Counted from the stretch's first letter, positions 39,248 to 49,647 are shown. The stretch: DNA of 64,000 bases from a candidate division FCPU426 bacterium (GCA_040756875.1 JBFLYH010000003.1:192001-256000), one strand, 5' to 3'. Made by a program: numbers and translations. The notes: generated by a model not told the origin, from the sequence alone.

Positions 39248-41842
39248 CTACCGGATGACCGCTACTTTTATTTTGGCTTTTTCGGCCCCGCCCACGAACA
39301 CCCGCGCCAGATAGATACCCGGAGCGGTTCCGCGGCAATCCCACGTCAGCGTTTGCGGGCCGGCTGAGCCGAACGTTTCGCGCAGGGAGCCTACGCGCTC
39401 GCCGTTCAGGTTGTAGAGCTGGACCTTGACTTCGGCCGCTGCGGCCAGGGTGACCCTGAAGACGACCTGGTCCTTGGCAGGGTTGGGATACGCGCTGACT
39501 TTGCCCGCGGGTTCCGCCATGGGGGTGGCGGTCATGGTGACCGTGGCCGTGGGTGTGTAGGTCGGCGTGGCGGTCACCACCAGGGTGGGCGTAATCGTGG
39601 GTGTCACGGTGGAGGTCGGCGTGATCGTGGGTGTGGGTGATATGGTGGCCGTGGGCGTGGCGGTCGGCGCCACCACCAGCACATTGGCCGAAAGCGCCGA
39701 GGTATTGTAGCTGCTGTCCGTGGCCGAGGCGCAAACGTATTCGCCCACGGCCGCAGACAGCGGGCTCATGCTCCAGTTGCCCGCGCCGTTCGCCAGGGCA
39801 TAACCTAAAAACCGCAGGCTGCCCGTGTTGGTGCCGGCGCCCGGCGCCGCGAAAATTTCCACAAAATTATTGGCCAAAGCCGTGCCGTAAACGATGCCAT
39901 TGGCCGCGGCGCTTGTGATCACCGGCGCGGCATGGCTGCCGTTGCCGCCGGACACCAGGCCGATGGCGCCGCCTGTGGCGGCGTTGATGGTGTTCCCGAA
40001 AATACCGTTATTGAGCGTGCTGGAGCCGTTGACTTCCACGCCGTTGCCGCTGAAGCCCCGCAGCCAGTTTCCCTGCCCGGCCCCGGGCAGCCCGATCCAA
40101 TTGTCATGCGCGCCGCTGGTTAAAAGCACGCCGTCCATGATCGAAGTGCCCATGGCCGAACCGCTGGGGAACACGCCCACCCGGTTCCCCACCACGGTGT
40201 TGCCCGCACTGGCGGCGCCTATGATATAAATGCGGTCCGCAAACACGTTGTTCGCGATCAGGCTGCAGATCAGCGGATCGCCAGCATACAGGGCGGCGTT
40301 GTTGCCGTTGTTTACCACGGCCGTGCCCGCGGTATTGAGGCCGAACCAATTGCCGACAATGAGATGGTATCCATAACCTGCGGCGGTCATGCCCTGGAAG
40401 GTGTTGCCGGATATGACGTTGCGCTGGGAGGCTGAATAACCGCCGACCGTATAATGCCTTCCGCCCACATACATCCCGATGAAATTCGGCACCGCGGCGA
40501 TTCCGGCGGCATTGAGCCCCAGCGTGTTTCCCATGACGTATCCATCAGCTCCGACGTTTTCGAGGCCGGAGTTCGCATTGCCCGAAATCAAGTTCCCTAA
40601 AATATGGTTGTCGTCCGCATTGGGCAGGCCGATGTAATTGCCCTGCCCCTGCTCATCGACGCCCAGGCCGTTGGCGCGCGGAGTCAACCCGTCCGTGCCC
40701 ACGCCGATGTAGTTCCCCGCCACGGTATTGCCGAAGGATTCGCTGGTCAGATACACCCCCACGCTGGAATTGCCGGAAATCACGTTGCGGTGTCGGTAGC
40801 TGTCATTGCGATAACCGCCGATCCAATTGGCATAAGCCTGCGAAAGCACGATGCCCTGTATGTTCGGTTTGGCGAGCTGAACTCCGTCCAAGCCGAACAG
40901 GTTGTTTTGCGCGAGATTGTGGTGCGAGCCGCCGCGAATTTCCAAGCCCATGGTATTGCCGGAAATGATGTTACCGTAACCGTCCAGGGGCAGACCGACG
41001 GCGTTCAGGTAAACGGCGTCCAATTGCACGCCAATGCCGTTGGCCAGCGCTACGCTTTGATCGGCTGCCAGGCCGATGATGTTTCCGCACACCGAGTTGC
41101 CCTGGCAGCTGGCGCGCAGGCGCAGCCCAAACTGGCCGGTGTTCCCGGAAATCACGTTGCCCGCGCCGGCCAGCATGTCGCCGCCGACCAGGCTTTGGGT
41201 GCACCCATACAGATCCGCGCCGCCGAAGGCGTTGGGCACGGCCACCAGCCCGCTCCGATCCGTGCCGATATAGTTGTTTTGCAGGATCAGGCGCTGGACG
41301 CCGTTGCCGTACAGGCCGTACAGCTGGTTGCCGGAAATCACATTGCGCAGTGCGTCACCTGGAGCGCCGATCAGATTGTTCGGCCCGGAAATGTTGAGGC
41401 CCATGTTGTTGCCCCGGCCGATATTGCCTTCCCAGTCCGTGCCGATCGAGCAGCCCACCACGGTGTTGCCGCCGCTGGCCAGCCACAGGCCGTTGTTGCC
41501 GCTGACCAGGGCAAAGCCGTGAACCAGGCTGCCGCCGCTGCCCGCTTCAAAGGAAAGCAGCGTGACCGCCGTGGTCAGCGCACCCAGGGTGACGCCTTGG
41601 CCTTCGAGAATCACGGGGTCCGTAATCTGCAACACCGAGTGCACGGTGATGGAATCGGAGACTCCCACGATGATCGTATCCTGGCCCGGAGCGGCATTGG
41701 CCGCGACAATGGCTTCACGGAGGGTGTTGGCCCCGGAATCCAGCGGGCTGGTCACCAGAATCGGCGTAGCCGCGGCAGCCCAGGATGACAGGCCGCATAA
41801 CCCCGCGGCCAGCAATCCACAAATAATTTGGTGTTTTTTCAT
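39248..41842 (-). CDS. Secreted parallel beta-helix repeat protein with TP linker and T9SS-type CTD
   Basis: DSGANTLREAI..AN, repeated RNVISGN and GNYIG motifs, AYPNPA...LYNLNGERV...WD...APGIYLAR...KVAVIR; start at ATG 41842. Confidence 0.85.
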   Translation of the reverse strand: MKKHQIICGLLAAGLCGLSSWAAAATPILVTSPLDSGANTLREAIVAANAAPGQDTIIVGVSDSITVHSVLQITDPVILEGQGVTLGALTTAVTLLSFEAGSGGSLVHGFALVSGNNGLWLASGGNTVVGCSIGTDWEGNIGRGNNMGLNISGPNNLIGAPGDALRNVISGNQLYGLYGNGVQRLILQNNYIGTDRSGLVAVPNAFGGADLYGCTQSLVGGDMLAGAGNVISGNTGQFGLRLRASCQGNSVCGNIIGLAADQSVALANGIGVQLDAVYLNAVGLPLDGYGNIISGNTMGLEIRGGSHHNLAQNNLFGLDGVQLAKPNIQGIVLSQAYANWIGGYRNDSYRHRNVISGNSSVGVYLTSESFGNTVAGNYIGVGTDGLTPRANGLGVDEQGQGNYIGLPNADDNHILGNLISGNANSGLENVGADGYVMGNTLGLNAAGIAAVPNFIGMYVGGRHYTVGGYSASQRNVISGNTFQGMTAAGYGYHLIVGNWFGLNTAGTAVVNNGNNAALYAGDPLICSLIANNVFADRIYIIGAASAGNTVVGNRVGVFPSGSAMGTSIMDGVLLTSGAHDNWIGLPGAGQGNWLRGFSGNGVEVNGSSTLNNGIFGNTINAATGGAIGLVSGGNGSHAAPVITSAAANGIVYGTALANNFVEIFAAPGAGTNTGSLRFLGYALANGAGNWSMSPLSAAVGEYVCASATDSSYNTSALSANVLVVAPTATPTATISPTPTITPTSTVTPTITPTLVVTATPTYTPTATVTMTATPMAEPAGKVSAYPNPAKDQVVFRVTLAAAAEVKVQLYNLNGERVGSLRETFGSAGPQTLTWDCRGTAPGIYLARVFVGGAEKAKIKVAVIR

Positions 41843-41928
41843 TTTAAACCCCTCCAGACCAGGAATGTCCTTCATTATATGTCATTTCCGAATTCTCGAG
41901 CGGGGAATTTGCATAAATCCTTGTTTCA

Positions 41929-43197
41929 TCAGGGAGCAATGGCGATCTTTTGGAGGGGATAGGCTTTCTCTTCGCCGTTCCGGGTCAGGACTGCGCTGTA
42001 AAAATAGATGCCCGGCGCCAATCCCCGGCTCGCCCAGGCGATGTCCGTGCCCGGTTGGTCGCGGCTGATTTCCGTCACCCGCTCGCCGGCTGCGTTGAGG
42101 ATCTTGATTTTCACCCTGGAAATACCCGGCGCGTTCCAGGAAAAAGTAACCGCGGCCCGGGCCGGATTGGGGTAAGCCGTGATTCTATCCGGCCAGCCCG
42201 CCACGGAAGTAGGGGTGGCTTGAACCGTCGCGGTCGGCGTGGACGTGGGCGTAAAAGGCGTGGGTTTGGGATTGGCCGTGTAGACCGCCGTATCCATGAC
42301 CGCGCTGTCCGAAGCGCGGATATGGCGCAGGGTCATGCTGGCGCCGTTGATTTCCAATTCGGTGTAGCCGTAATAGCCGGTTTGCGACTGGTCGTAGGAA
42401 TACGCCACCATATAGCCGTTGCCGTCGTGGTTTTCGTCCACCGCCACCAGCGGCGCACCGCCGTTTCCGGTCACGATCTGGGCCGTGCCTGCCGAGGCGT
42501 CCAGCGGCGGGTTCAGGGTGCCGTCCAGTCCGAGTTTCAGCGTGCGTACGTAATAATGGGCGTGGCCCGCGAAAATGATGTCGCAACCGTTTTGATAGAG
42601 CGGCACGCCCCAGGTGGTATGGATCGTCCCCTCGTATATTTTGGGACCGAAGTCGAAAATCGGCTGGTGCCAGACCGCGAACAGCCAGGGATGGGGGTTG
42701 GTCTGGATGGCCTGCAGCAGCAAGGCGTATTGCGGGCCGCTCAGGCTTTCGTAATTGTTCAGAATGACGAAGCGCGCGTTTTCATAGTCGAAAAAGAAAA
42801 ACCGGCCGTCATTGCCAAACTGCGCGGCCTGGCCGGGCAGATAGGCCGTCCAGTTGGCCAGGCCCGCCGGCGAAGCCAGGGCGTCGTGGTTGCCGGCGGC
42901 GGACATGTATTTCGGCGGAACCAGCAACTGCCCCGTCCCGCCCAGAATGTCGTCGCAGGCCTGCTGCCATACGTTCCATAAATCCGTGCGCGTCCCGTCC
43001 TCCACCACGTCGCCCACGTTGATCAGGAAGCGGTAATCCTGCGAGGTGGTGGTGATGGCTGTCAGCACGCCCCGGTGCGCCGCGTCGTCGGTGCGCGTGT
43101 CGCCGTACATGATGAATTTCCACGGCCCGGCCGCCCGTGCCACCTGGGCCGCCAGCATGACGGCCACGATCATCACCGCCGCAACGATTCGCCGCAT
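41929..43197 (-). CDS. Secreted metallophosphoesterase (purple acid phosphatase-like) with T9SS-type CTD
   Basis: YGDTR, GDVV, GNHD, WHQP, GHAHYY, VTGNGG; TP linker; AYPNPA...PGIYFY...KIAI. Confidence 0.88.
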   Translation of the reverse strand: MRRIVAAVMIVAVMLAAQVARAAGPWKFIMYGDTRTDDAAHRGVLTAITTTSQDYRFLINVGDVVEDGTRTDLWNVWQQACDDILGGTGQLLVPPKYMSAAGNHDALASPAGLANWTAYLPGQAAQFGNDGRFFFFDYENARFVILNNYESLSGPQYALLLQAIQTNPHPWLFAVWHQPIFDFGPKIYEGTIHTTWGVPLYQNGCDIIFAGHAHYYVRTLKLGLDGTLNPPLDASAGTAQIVTGNGGAPLVAVDENHDGNGYMVAYSYDQSQTGYYGYTELEINGASMTLRHIRASDSAVMDTAVYTANPKPTPFTPTSTPTATVQATPTSVAGWPDRITAYPNPARAAVTFSWNAPGISRVKIKILNAAGERVTEISRDQPGTDIAWASRGLAPGIYFYSAVLTRNGEEKAYPLQKIAIAP

Positions 43198-43228
43198 TTC
43201 TTCACTCTCTTCGACTTTTTCTTTCTAT

Positions 43229-43392
43229 TTGAAACCTCAACTCACATTCATCAGATGTGTTCGAAGCATGGCTGAGAAAGCGTTTGCGAAAAGGACCTTT
43301 TTTCCACCTTTTCGCAAGCCGAGTCCGCCCTCCCAATGGCGGACGTCTTTCGAAGCCAGGCTGCGAACACATCCCGTTTGTTGAGGTTTCAA
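43229..43392. repeat. 164-bp foldback (MITE-like or structured RNA) with 13-bp terminal inverted repeats
   Basis: TTGAAACCTCAAC / GTTGAGGTTTCAA, nested GATGTGTTCG / CGAACACATC, and two inner hairpins. Confidence 0.7.
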
Positions 43393-44549
43393 GCTATCTT
43401 CTTATCCCAAACCCGCATCCGCTTGTACACTTTGCCCCCCATCTTCTCGATGGGGCCGATGATGGCCGTGTTGTCCTCCAGCTCCCAGGACAACTCCCCG
43501 TCCTTGATCCCGTGCTTTTTACCGGATTCGAACGGGTGGACATACAGGTACGCGTCCAGTCCCAGGCCCCGGTATTGCGGCATGACCCCGGCCAGGAACA
43601 GCCGCGCCCGGTTGAACTTGGGCTTGGGTTTGAGGAACAGGCGCCAGGCCAGATTGAGCAGCTGCATGATCTCCTGCGCCCAGACGGGAAATTTTTTCGC
43701 CCAGTACGTGCACTCCATATAGTCATACAATGAGCAGGCCATGCCCACGGGCTCGCCCTTCGGGCCTTCGATGATGACCACCAGGCCTTCGGCCGCGATG
43801 AGTTGCATGTTATCGGCCAATTCCGTGAATTGGCGCGTGGTGATGGGAGTGAAGCCCCAGTTTTCGGCCCAGGCTGCCTCGTAAATGTCCATAATGATCC
43901 TGAAATCCTTGGCGGTCTGCTTCTTGTTCAGGTGGCGGAAGGTGAAGCCCTTGGACTCCATCTTCTGTTTGACGATTTTGGCGATCCGCTCGACATTATC
44001 GGGAATGGGCTTGGTCAGGTCGAGCGAGAAAGCCACCAAATCCTTGGCTTTTTCCATCTGGTAGTTCTTGCACAAGTCCATGTAGTAGGGCGGATTGTGG
44101 GGCATCATGAAATAACGGTGCGTATCGAACCCCTCGTACAGCATGCCGATCTCGTCCTGGGTGTCGCAACTCATGGGGCCGCGCATCACGGTCATGCCCT
44201 TGGCTTTAAGCCACTCCCTGACCGTATCGAACAGGGCATTGGCCGCCTCCTGGTCATTGCGGCACTCGAAGAAGCCCCAAAACCCGGTGGTCTCGTGAAA
44301 CCGTTCATTGTGCCGGGGGTTGGCAATAGCGGCGATCCGCCCGACCACCTTCCCTTCCCGGAGAGCCAGGTAGAAATCGCCGTCGCCGAACTCGAAGAAT
44401 GGATGCCTTTTTTTATCCACCCGTTTCTTCAGGTCCATCACCAGATCAGGCGCCCAATGCGGGTCGTCCCGGTAGATTTCCCATGCAAAACGCATGAATC
44501 GCTGCATGCCTTGCTTGTCATCCGTGACTTTCTTGATTTCTACGGGCAT
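43389..44549 (-). CDS. YghO-like tandem GNAT acyltransferase
   Basis: IYRDDPHW, HPFFE, GRIAAI.N, GFWGFFEC, MRGP, MMPHNPPYY, AWAENWGF.P, SWELEDN. Confidence 0.83.
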   Translation of the reverse strand: MPVEIKKVTDDKQGMQRFMRFAWEIYRDDPHWAPDLVMDLKKRVDKKRHPFFEFGDGDFYLALREGKVVGRIAAIANPRHNERFHETTGFWGFFECRNDQEAANALFDTVREWLKAKGMTVMRGPMSCDTQDEIGMLYEGFDTHRYFMMPHNPPYYMDLCKNYQMEKAKDLVAFSLDLTKPIPDNVERIAKIVKQKMESKGFTFRHLNKKQTAKDFRIIMDIYEAAWAENWGFTPITTRQFTELADNMQLIAAEGLVVIIEGPKGEPVGMACSLYDYMECTYWAKKFPVWAQEIMQLLNLAWRLFLKPKPKFNRARLFLAGVMPQYRGLGLDAYLYVHPFESGKKHGIKDGELSWELEDNTAIIGPIEKMGGKVYKRMRVWDKKIA

Positions 44550-44781
44550 CGGGCTGCATCCTCCTGGGAATGGTCAAATCGGCCTATCCCTGCAACGTAC
44601 AAAATGCGGGCTTGCCCGGAAACAAATACAACTCGGGCGTTGCAGGGATGTCGCCTTCCAACTTGTCCTGTGATGCGTGGTTTTTACTGGACCCCCGGGC
44701 AATTCCCGGGGGGGCTTCATTTTAGCCGTTTCCACCGGCTTTGCAATGGAATAAACCGATAAAAGAGCAAGGGCCGGACCC

Positions 44782-45120
44782 TCAACGCTTGCGCGTGGGC
44801 TTTGATCCTGGTTTTTTCGTTGCAGGCAGTTCCGCGGCGGTGAGGCGGATCAATTCTCCCAGCCACTCGCGGTCATCCAGGCGGTCTTCGATGAGCAGAT
44901 ACGGCTTGGCGCCGGGGTAAGGGGCGCCTTCGGCGATCGGGCCGGCAAACCGCCGCCCGCCGGGCGTAGGTTTCACGAACAAGCGGTTGTCGCAAACCAG
45001 GGCCACGACTTTCCCTTCCAAATAAACCGCGTATTCGCCGAACATCTTGCGATACGTCACCCGCCCGGCTGATCCCATTTGATCGGCGACATATTCCATG
45101 AATGAAAGCTCCGAGCCCAT
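44782..45120 (-). CDS. TfoX N-terminal domain protein
   Basis: YRKMFGEYAVY..GKVVALVCDNRLFVKPT, PYPGAKP. Confidence 0.9.
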   Translation of the reverse strand: MGSELSFMEYVADQMGSAGRVTYRKMFGEYAVYLEGKVVALVCDNRLFVKPTPGGRRFAGPIAEGAPYPGAKPYLLIEDRLDDREWLGELIRLTAAELPATKKPGSKPTRKR

Positions 45121-45200
45121 AAACAGGTCACACTCCTATTCTTCGCGGGGTTCCCCGACTTGATCCGTCGAGCAACTGCGGTGCAGGCGCCAGGCGGAGG

Positions 45201-46424
45201 TCAGTAATAGTAGTTGAGGGAAGCGTACAGCAGATCCGGGTAAATGCCGAATTCGGAAAGCCATTGTCCTGATTCCGGGTTCTTCCCCAGGCTGATGAAC
45301 CCGCCGATCCGGCCTTCCACCTCGTCGGCCAGGCTCACGGTCAGGCCCGGCGCCGCCAGAAGCGAGGCATCCGCCAGGTTCCACAACACCTGCGCCGAAC
45401 CGGAAATCAGAGGCGTGATTTGCACCGTGAGCCCCGGAGCCAGATACTGACGCCCCATCAGGTAAACCGACCCCTGGGTGTAGGCGTCGCGCGCGAAGAG
45501 GCCGGGATACCCGGCGGGATCGGACCCGCCCGCGCCGTTGTAGTGGTACTCGACGAATCCGTACCAGCCGTCCGCCAGGTTGTAGTCCGCGCCGGCGGAC
45601 AGCCGGAAATAATCGGCGCCTGCCCGCCGGCCCGCGAACAACCGGTCGAAAACATAGGCTGACTCCAGCCAGACGCTGGCGCCGCCCACGGCCCGGGCCA
45701 GGTCCAGGCCCAGCAGCCCGTGGTCCCTGAATTTCAGCAGCAGGAGCGAGGCGTCGGTTTCGAGGATATACACCTTGGGTTTGACGAACCAGGCACTGTT
45801 TTTATATTTAGCGTCGCGGCCGAACACCCAGCCTGCGTCCGCTTCGCCCATCTCGCCCAGGGGTGTGCGGAAACGGACCGCGTCCACACCCGTCCGCTCT
45901 TCCTTGTCGATGGTCTGATAGGTGAAAGGCGCCAACACGTCCGTGGGATTGACCGCTTTGGCCGAACCAAAGGCCACGGGCTGCCGGCCGAGGGTCAAAT
46001 CGCCGAAGCCGAACGACAGGGCGACGGAAGCGCGGTCCAGGTTTTGCGTAAGGACAAAATTGGCGACCGGATCGCCCGGCGCCGGATAGAGGCCCGCAGC
46101 CAAGTCGGCGGCCCGGTAGGCAGCGGCATCCGGCTGCGGCAGGCTCGCCAGGGCCGCGGTGCCGCCGGTGATGCGGGGAGACAGCTCGTAGGCCGCGGTC
46201 ACGGCCACTTGATCCGCGGGTTTCCATTCGCCTTTCAGTCGGAACGGCCCCGTGGCCTCGCCCTCCGGCGCCGTACCGGCTCCGGCTTGAAAAGCCAAAA
46301 GGTAGGTTTTGTAATACCCGCCGAAATGCCAGACCGCATTCTCGCCATCCGCCGCCGCGGCCGAAGCCGCCCAGGCCAGGCCGAGCGTCAGGCCCGCGGC
46401 TGCCATCCCCGCCAGCCGGTTCAT
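45201..46424 (-). CDS. Hypothetical outer-membrane beta-barrel
   Basis: Signal peptide, LTLGRQ.VAFG, NPTD, GVDAVR, terminal YYY; last gene of the ABC operon. Confidence 0.75.
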   Translation of the reverse strand: MNRLAGMAAAGLTLGLAWAASAAAADGENAVWHFGGYYKTYLLAFQAGAGTAPEGEATGPFRLKGEWKPADQVAVTAAYELSPRITGGTAALASLPQPDAAAYRAADLAAGLYPAPGDPVANFVLTQNLDRASVALSFGFGDLTLGRQPVAFGSAKAVNPTDVLAPFTYQTIDKEERTGVDAVRFRTPLGEMGEADAGWVFGRDAKYKNSAWFVKPKVYILETDASLLLLKFRDHGLLGLDLARAVGGASVWLESAYVFDRLFAGRRAGADYFRLSAGADYNLADGWYGFVEYHYNGAGGSDPAGYPGLFARDAYTQGSVYLMGRQYLAPGLTVQITPLISGSAQVLWNLADASLLAAPGLTVSLADEVEGRIGGFISLGKNPESGQWLSEFGIYPDLLYASLNYYY

Positions 46425-47152
46425 CTCCGGGCCGGCCGTCGGCGCACATCGTCTTTCTCGATCCGGCCGTCCTTCAGTGTAATCAACCGCGAGGCATGCG
46501 CCATGATGTGCGGATCGTGCGTGGAAAAGATGAACGTCATGCCCTGCTTGCGGTTCAGGTCTTGCATCATGTCAATCAGGGTTTCCCCGGTTTTGGAGTC
46601 CAGGTTGGCCGTGGGTTCGTCGGCTAAAATGATGTCGGGTTGCGAAACCATGGCCCGGGCCACGGCCACGCGCTGCTGCTGGCCGCCGGACAGTTGGGCG
46701 GGCCGCCGGTTTTCAAATCCCTGGAGACCGACCTCCTGCAAAATCCCGGCAACGCGCCTCGCCCGTTCCGCGGGCGGAACTCCCTGCAGCAGCATGATGT
46801 ATTCGATGTTTTCACGCGCCGACAGCACGGGGATCAGGTTGTAGGACTGGAAGATGAAGCCGATGTGGTCGCGACGGAAATCGGACAGGGCGCTGCCGCT
46901 CATGCGGTTCAGGTCCTGGCCTTTGAGCAGCACGCGTCCCGAAGTGGGTGCATCCAAGCCGCTGATGAGGTTCAGGAACGAAGTCTTCCCCGATCCCGAG
47001 GGACCGACCACGGCCGTGAATTCACCCGGTTGGATGGCCAGGGAAACCTGGCGCAGGGCGTTGACTTCGATTTCGCCGCTCCGGTAGACTTTGGTCAGTT
47101 TATCGGTCTGTATCAGGGGTTCGGCGGTTTTCGTGGTTTTGGCTTTGGCCAT
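46421..47152 (-). CDS. ABC transporter ATP-binding protein (LolD-like)
   Basis: GPSGSGKT, LSGGQQQRVA, LADEPTANLD, STHD. Confidence 0.93.
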   Translation of the reverse strand: MAKAKTTKTAEPLIQTDKLTKVYRSGEIEVNALRQVSLAIQPGEFTAVVGPSGSGKTSFLNLISGLDAPTSGRVLLKGQDLNRMSGSALSDFRRDHIGFIFQSYNLIPVLSARENIEYIMLLQGVPPAERARRVAGILQEVGLQGFENRRPAQLSGGQQQRVAVARAMVSQPDIILADEPTANLDSKTGETLIDMMQDLNRKQGMTFIFSTHDPHIMAHASRLITLKDGRIEKDDVRRRPARR

Positions 47153-47180
47153 GTCGGACTCCTTCAGGCGGGCGCCCGCC

Positions 47181-48407
47181 TTATAAAGATCGCTTCATCG
47201 CTTTGGCCGGCTGCAGGCGGGCCGCGTACACGGCCGGATAGATGCCCACCAGCACGGTAAAAACGAACAACCAAGTCGGATACACCAGGTATTGATACGA
47301 CCTCGCCACCGGATAGATCATGTCCTTGATGGTGACGCCCGTGAATTCCAGCCCCCGGTAATCAATGCCGACGGCCTGGTAGAAAACGGTCAGGCCCCAA
47401 CCCAGGATAATGCCGATGGCGATGCTGACCAGGGCCAGGGAGGCGGATTCCAGGAGGATCATAAAGGCCACGCCCGAAGGCCGCGTACCCACGGCCCGGA
47501 GCACGCCGAACTCAAACATACGCTCGTACAAGGACATGAACAGCGTGTTCATGATGCCGAAGGATACGATGCCGAACAGCACCACGGCCATGATCAGCAG
47601 CGAAAACATGGACATGTCCATCAGGGATTTGAGCTCCGGAAAGAGCGCGGTCCAGCTCAAGGCCTCGTTCCCGTCGCGTGAATACTTTTGCCAAAAGGGC
47701 AGATTCGGGTCCGAGGCGGTCTTGAGGTCCTTAAAAGCCACGGCGATTTCGTGCACACGGCCGCCAAGCTGGAGCAGTTGCTGGGCTTTGGCCAGCGGGA
47801 TGAACGCCATGCCCCGGTCCATTTCCCGCACCTTGAATTCGAAAATGCCGCCGACCCGGAACATTTCTTGCGACAGCTCGCCCGTGCCCGCCTGCGCCAC
47901 GGTCAGCACCAGACGGTCTCCCAGGTCCACGCCCAGGTTTTCGGCCAGTTTGCGGCCGATGAGGATGCGGTTCTCCGCGCCGGCGTCTACGTAATCGCCC
48001 GCCGCCACAACTTCCGCCAGGCGGGACACGCGGCGTTCCGGCTCCGGCTCCACGCCGTACAACAGGATCGAACCCACGTCAGCCGCGGAACTGAGCATGG
48101 CAAAGCTCAGGACCCTGGGGGCGAAGGCGCGCACTTCGGGTTCCTTCCCCAGTTCAGCCAGGATGCGGTCCGCATCGGCCACCGTGTCCTCCACCTCAAG
48201 CGTCTTGCGGAAATGGAGGTGATGGATCTGCGCCTGGCCGGGAAAGGTGGCCGTGGCGGTCAATACCATGTTGTCCATCATGCCCAGCATCATGGCGTCA
48301 AAAAAGATCAGGGTCGCCAGGCCCAGGCCGATGGCCAGGCCGGAGAGCACGGTGCGCCGGGTATTGCGGAAAAGGTTGCGCCAGGCCAGTTTGAGCAAAA
48401 GCAGCAT
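47181..48407 (-). CDS. ABC permease (LolC/E, FtsX/MacB-like)
   Basis: LAWRNLFRNTRRT, NTLFMSLYER..EFGVLRAVG. Confidence 0.9.
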   Translation of the reverse strand: MLLLLKLAWRNLFRNTRRTVLSGLAIGLGLATLIFFDAMMLGMMDNMVLTATATFPGQAQIHHLHFRKTLEVEDTVADADRILAELGKEPEVRAFAPRVLSFAMLSSAADVGSILLYGVEPEPERRVSRLAEVVAAGDYVDAGAENRILIGRKLAENLGVDLGDRLVLTVAQAGTGELSQEMFRVGGIFEFKVREMDRGMAFIPLAKAQQLLQLGGRVHEIAVAFKDLKTASDPNLPFWQKYSRDGNEALSWTALFPELKSLMDMSMFSLLIMAVVLFGIVSFGIMNTLFMSLYERMFEFGVLRAVGTRPSGVAFMILLESASLALVSIAIGIILGWGLTVFYQAVGIDYRGLEFTGVTIKDMIYPVARSYQYLVYPTWLFVFTVLVGIYPAVYAARLQPAKAMKRSL

Positions 48408-48429
48408 CCATTGCCTCCGATACGCCGAT

Positions 48430-49647
48430 CTAGGTGCGGATCGCTTCCACGGGACGGAGACGGACCACCCGCGCCGCCGGAATCATGGCCACCAGCACCG
48501 CCGTGCCGAACGTCACCAGGCCGGAAATCAGGAAGCCCCTGGCCCGCAGGGAGCCGTACATGGTGTCGACCACCACGCCGCCCATGTCCATGCCCGCGGG
48601 GTACGGAATGCCGTGGTTCGCCAGGTAGAGGTTTGCCGCCAGTCCTGCGAGCCCCCCGACCGCGCAGCTCAAGAGGGCCAACCAGCCGGTTTCGAGCAGG
48701 ATGAGCGCGAACATCCGTGCGGGCCTGGTGCCCAGGGCTTTCATCACACCATACTCGCGGGTCCGCTCCAGCACCGACATGAGCACGGTATTGAGCACGC
48801 CGATGGCCACGATCAAGACGATGATGAGCAGGGTGATCCACATGCCTTCCTTGTCCGCGATCATCGCACGATAGAACTCCTGAGCCACGACTTCCCAGGG
48901 ATCCACCTCCAGGGCCGGATCGTCCAACGCTTTGGCGATTTCGCGGGCCGCCTGCCGGGAGCGGGAAAAATCGTCCAGCACCACAGCCAGTTCGTGTACG
49001 CGGCCCTGCATCGCCAGGAATTCCTGAGCCGCGGCCAGGGGCAGGTAGCACTCGGAATCACCGGCCAGCATGCTCCCGCCCTTCAGGACCGCCACGATTC
49101 TAAACAAATCGTTGGCCACCGAACCGTCGGCCGCCTGGGTGATGAGCACCAGGTCGTCCCCCACCCCGGCTTTGAGCAATTCGGCCAACCCCGCGCCGAT
49201 CATGACTTCTTTGGCCGCGCCGGATGACAAAAACTTCCCTTGGCTTACGCGGCCGGACAACCGGGTGGTCTGCGCTTCCCGGACCGGATCCACGCCGACC
49301 AGCCGCGCTACCGTGGTTTTTTTGCCGATGAACGCCAGCGCGCCGGAATAGACCCGGGGCGCCCAGCTGCGCACGCCCCGCACCGAGGCCGCGCGCCTGC
49401 CTACGGCTTCGGCATTTTCGAAGGAGGTAAACAAGGTCGGCTTTTCGAGGTATCCGCGGGCGTGGATCTGCACATGGCCGGTCGCGGCCGAGGTGAAGGC
49501 CTTTATCGCCGTGTCATAGGTCCCGTCGGAAACGCCCACGGAAAGCGACAGCAGCGCAAACCCGCCGGCCATGGTCAGGCCGGTCAGCAAGGAACGGCGG
49601 CGTTGCCGGAACACGTTGCGCCAGGCGAGGATCAGGAGCTGGGGCAT
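48430..49647 (-). CDS. ABC permease (LolC/E-like), second paralogue
   Basis: LAWRNVFRQRRRS, NTVLMSVLERTREYGVMKALG; start at ATG 49647. Confidence 0.9.
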   Translation of the reverse strand: MPQLLILAWRNVFRQRRRSLLTGLTMAGGFALLSLSVGVSDGTYDTAIKAFTSAATGHVQIHARGYLEKPTLFTSFENAEAVGRRAASVRGVRSWAPRVYSGALAFIGKKTTVARLVGVDPVREAQTTRLSGRVSQGKFLSSGAAKEVMIGAGLAELLKAGVGDDLVLITQAADGSVANDLFRIVAVLKGGSMLAGDSECYLPLAAAQEFLAMQGRVHELAVVLDDFSRSRQAAREIAKALDDPALEVDPWEVVAQEFYRAMIADKEGMWITLLIIVLIVAIGVLNTVLMSVLERTREYGVMKALGTRPARMFALILLETGWLALLSCAVGGLAGLAANLYLANHGIPYPAGMDMGGVVVDTMYGSLRARGFLISGLVTFGTAVLVAMIPAARVVRLRPVEAIRT

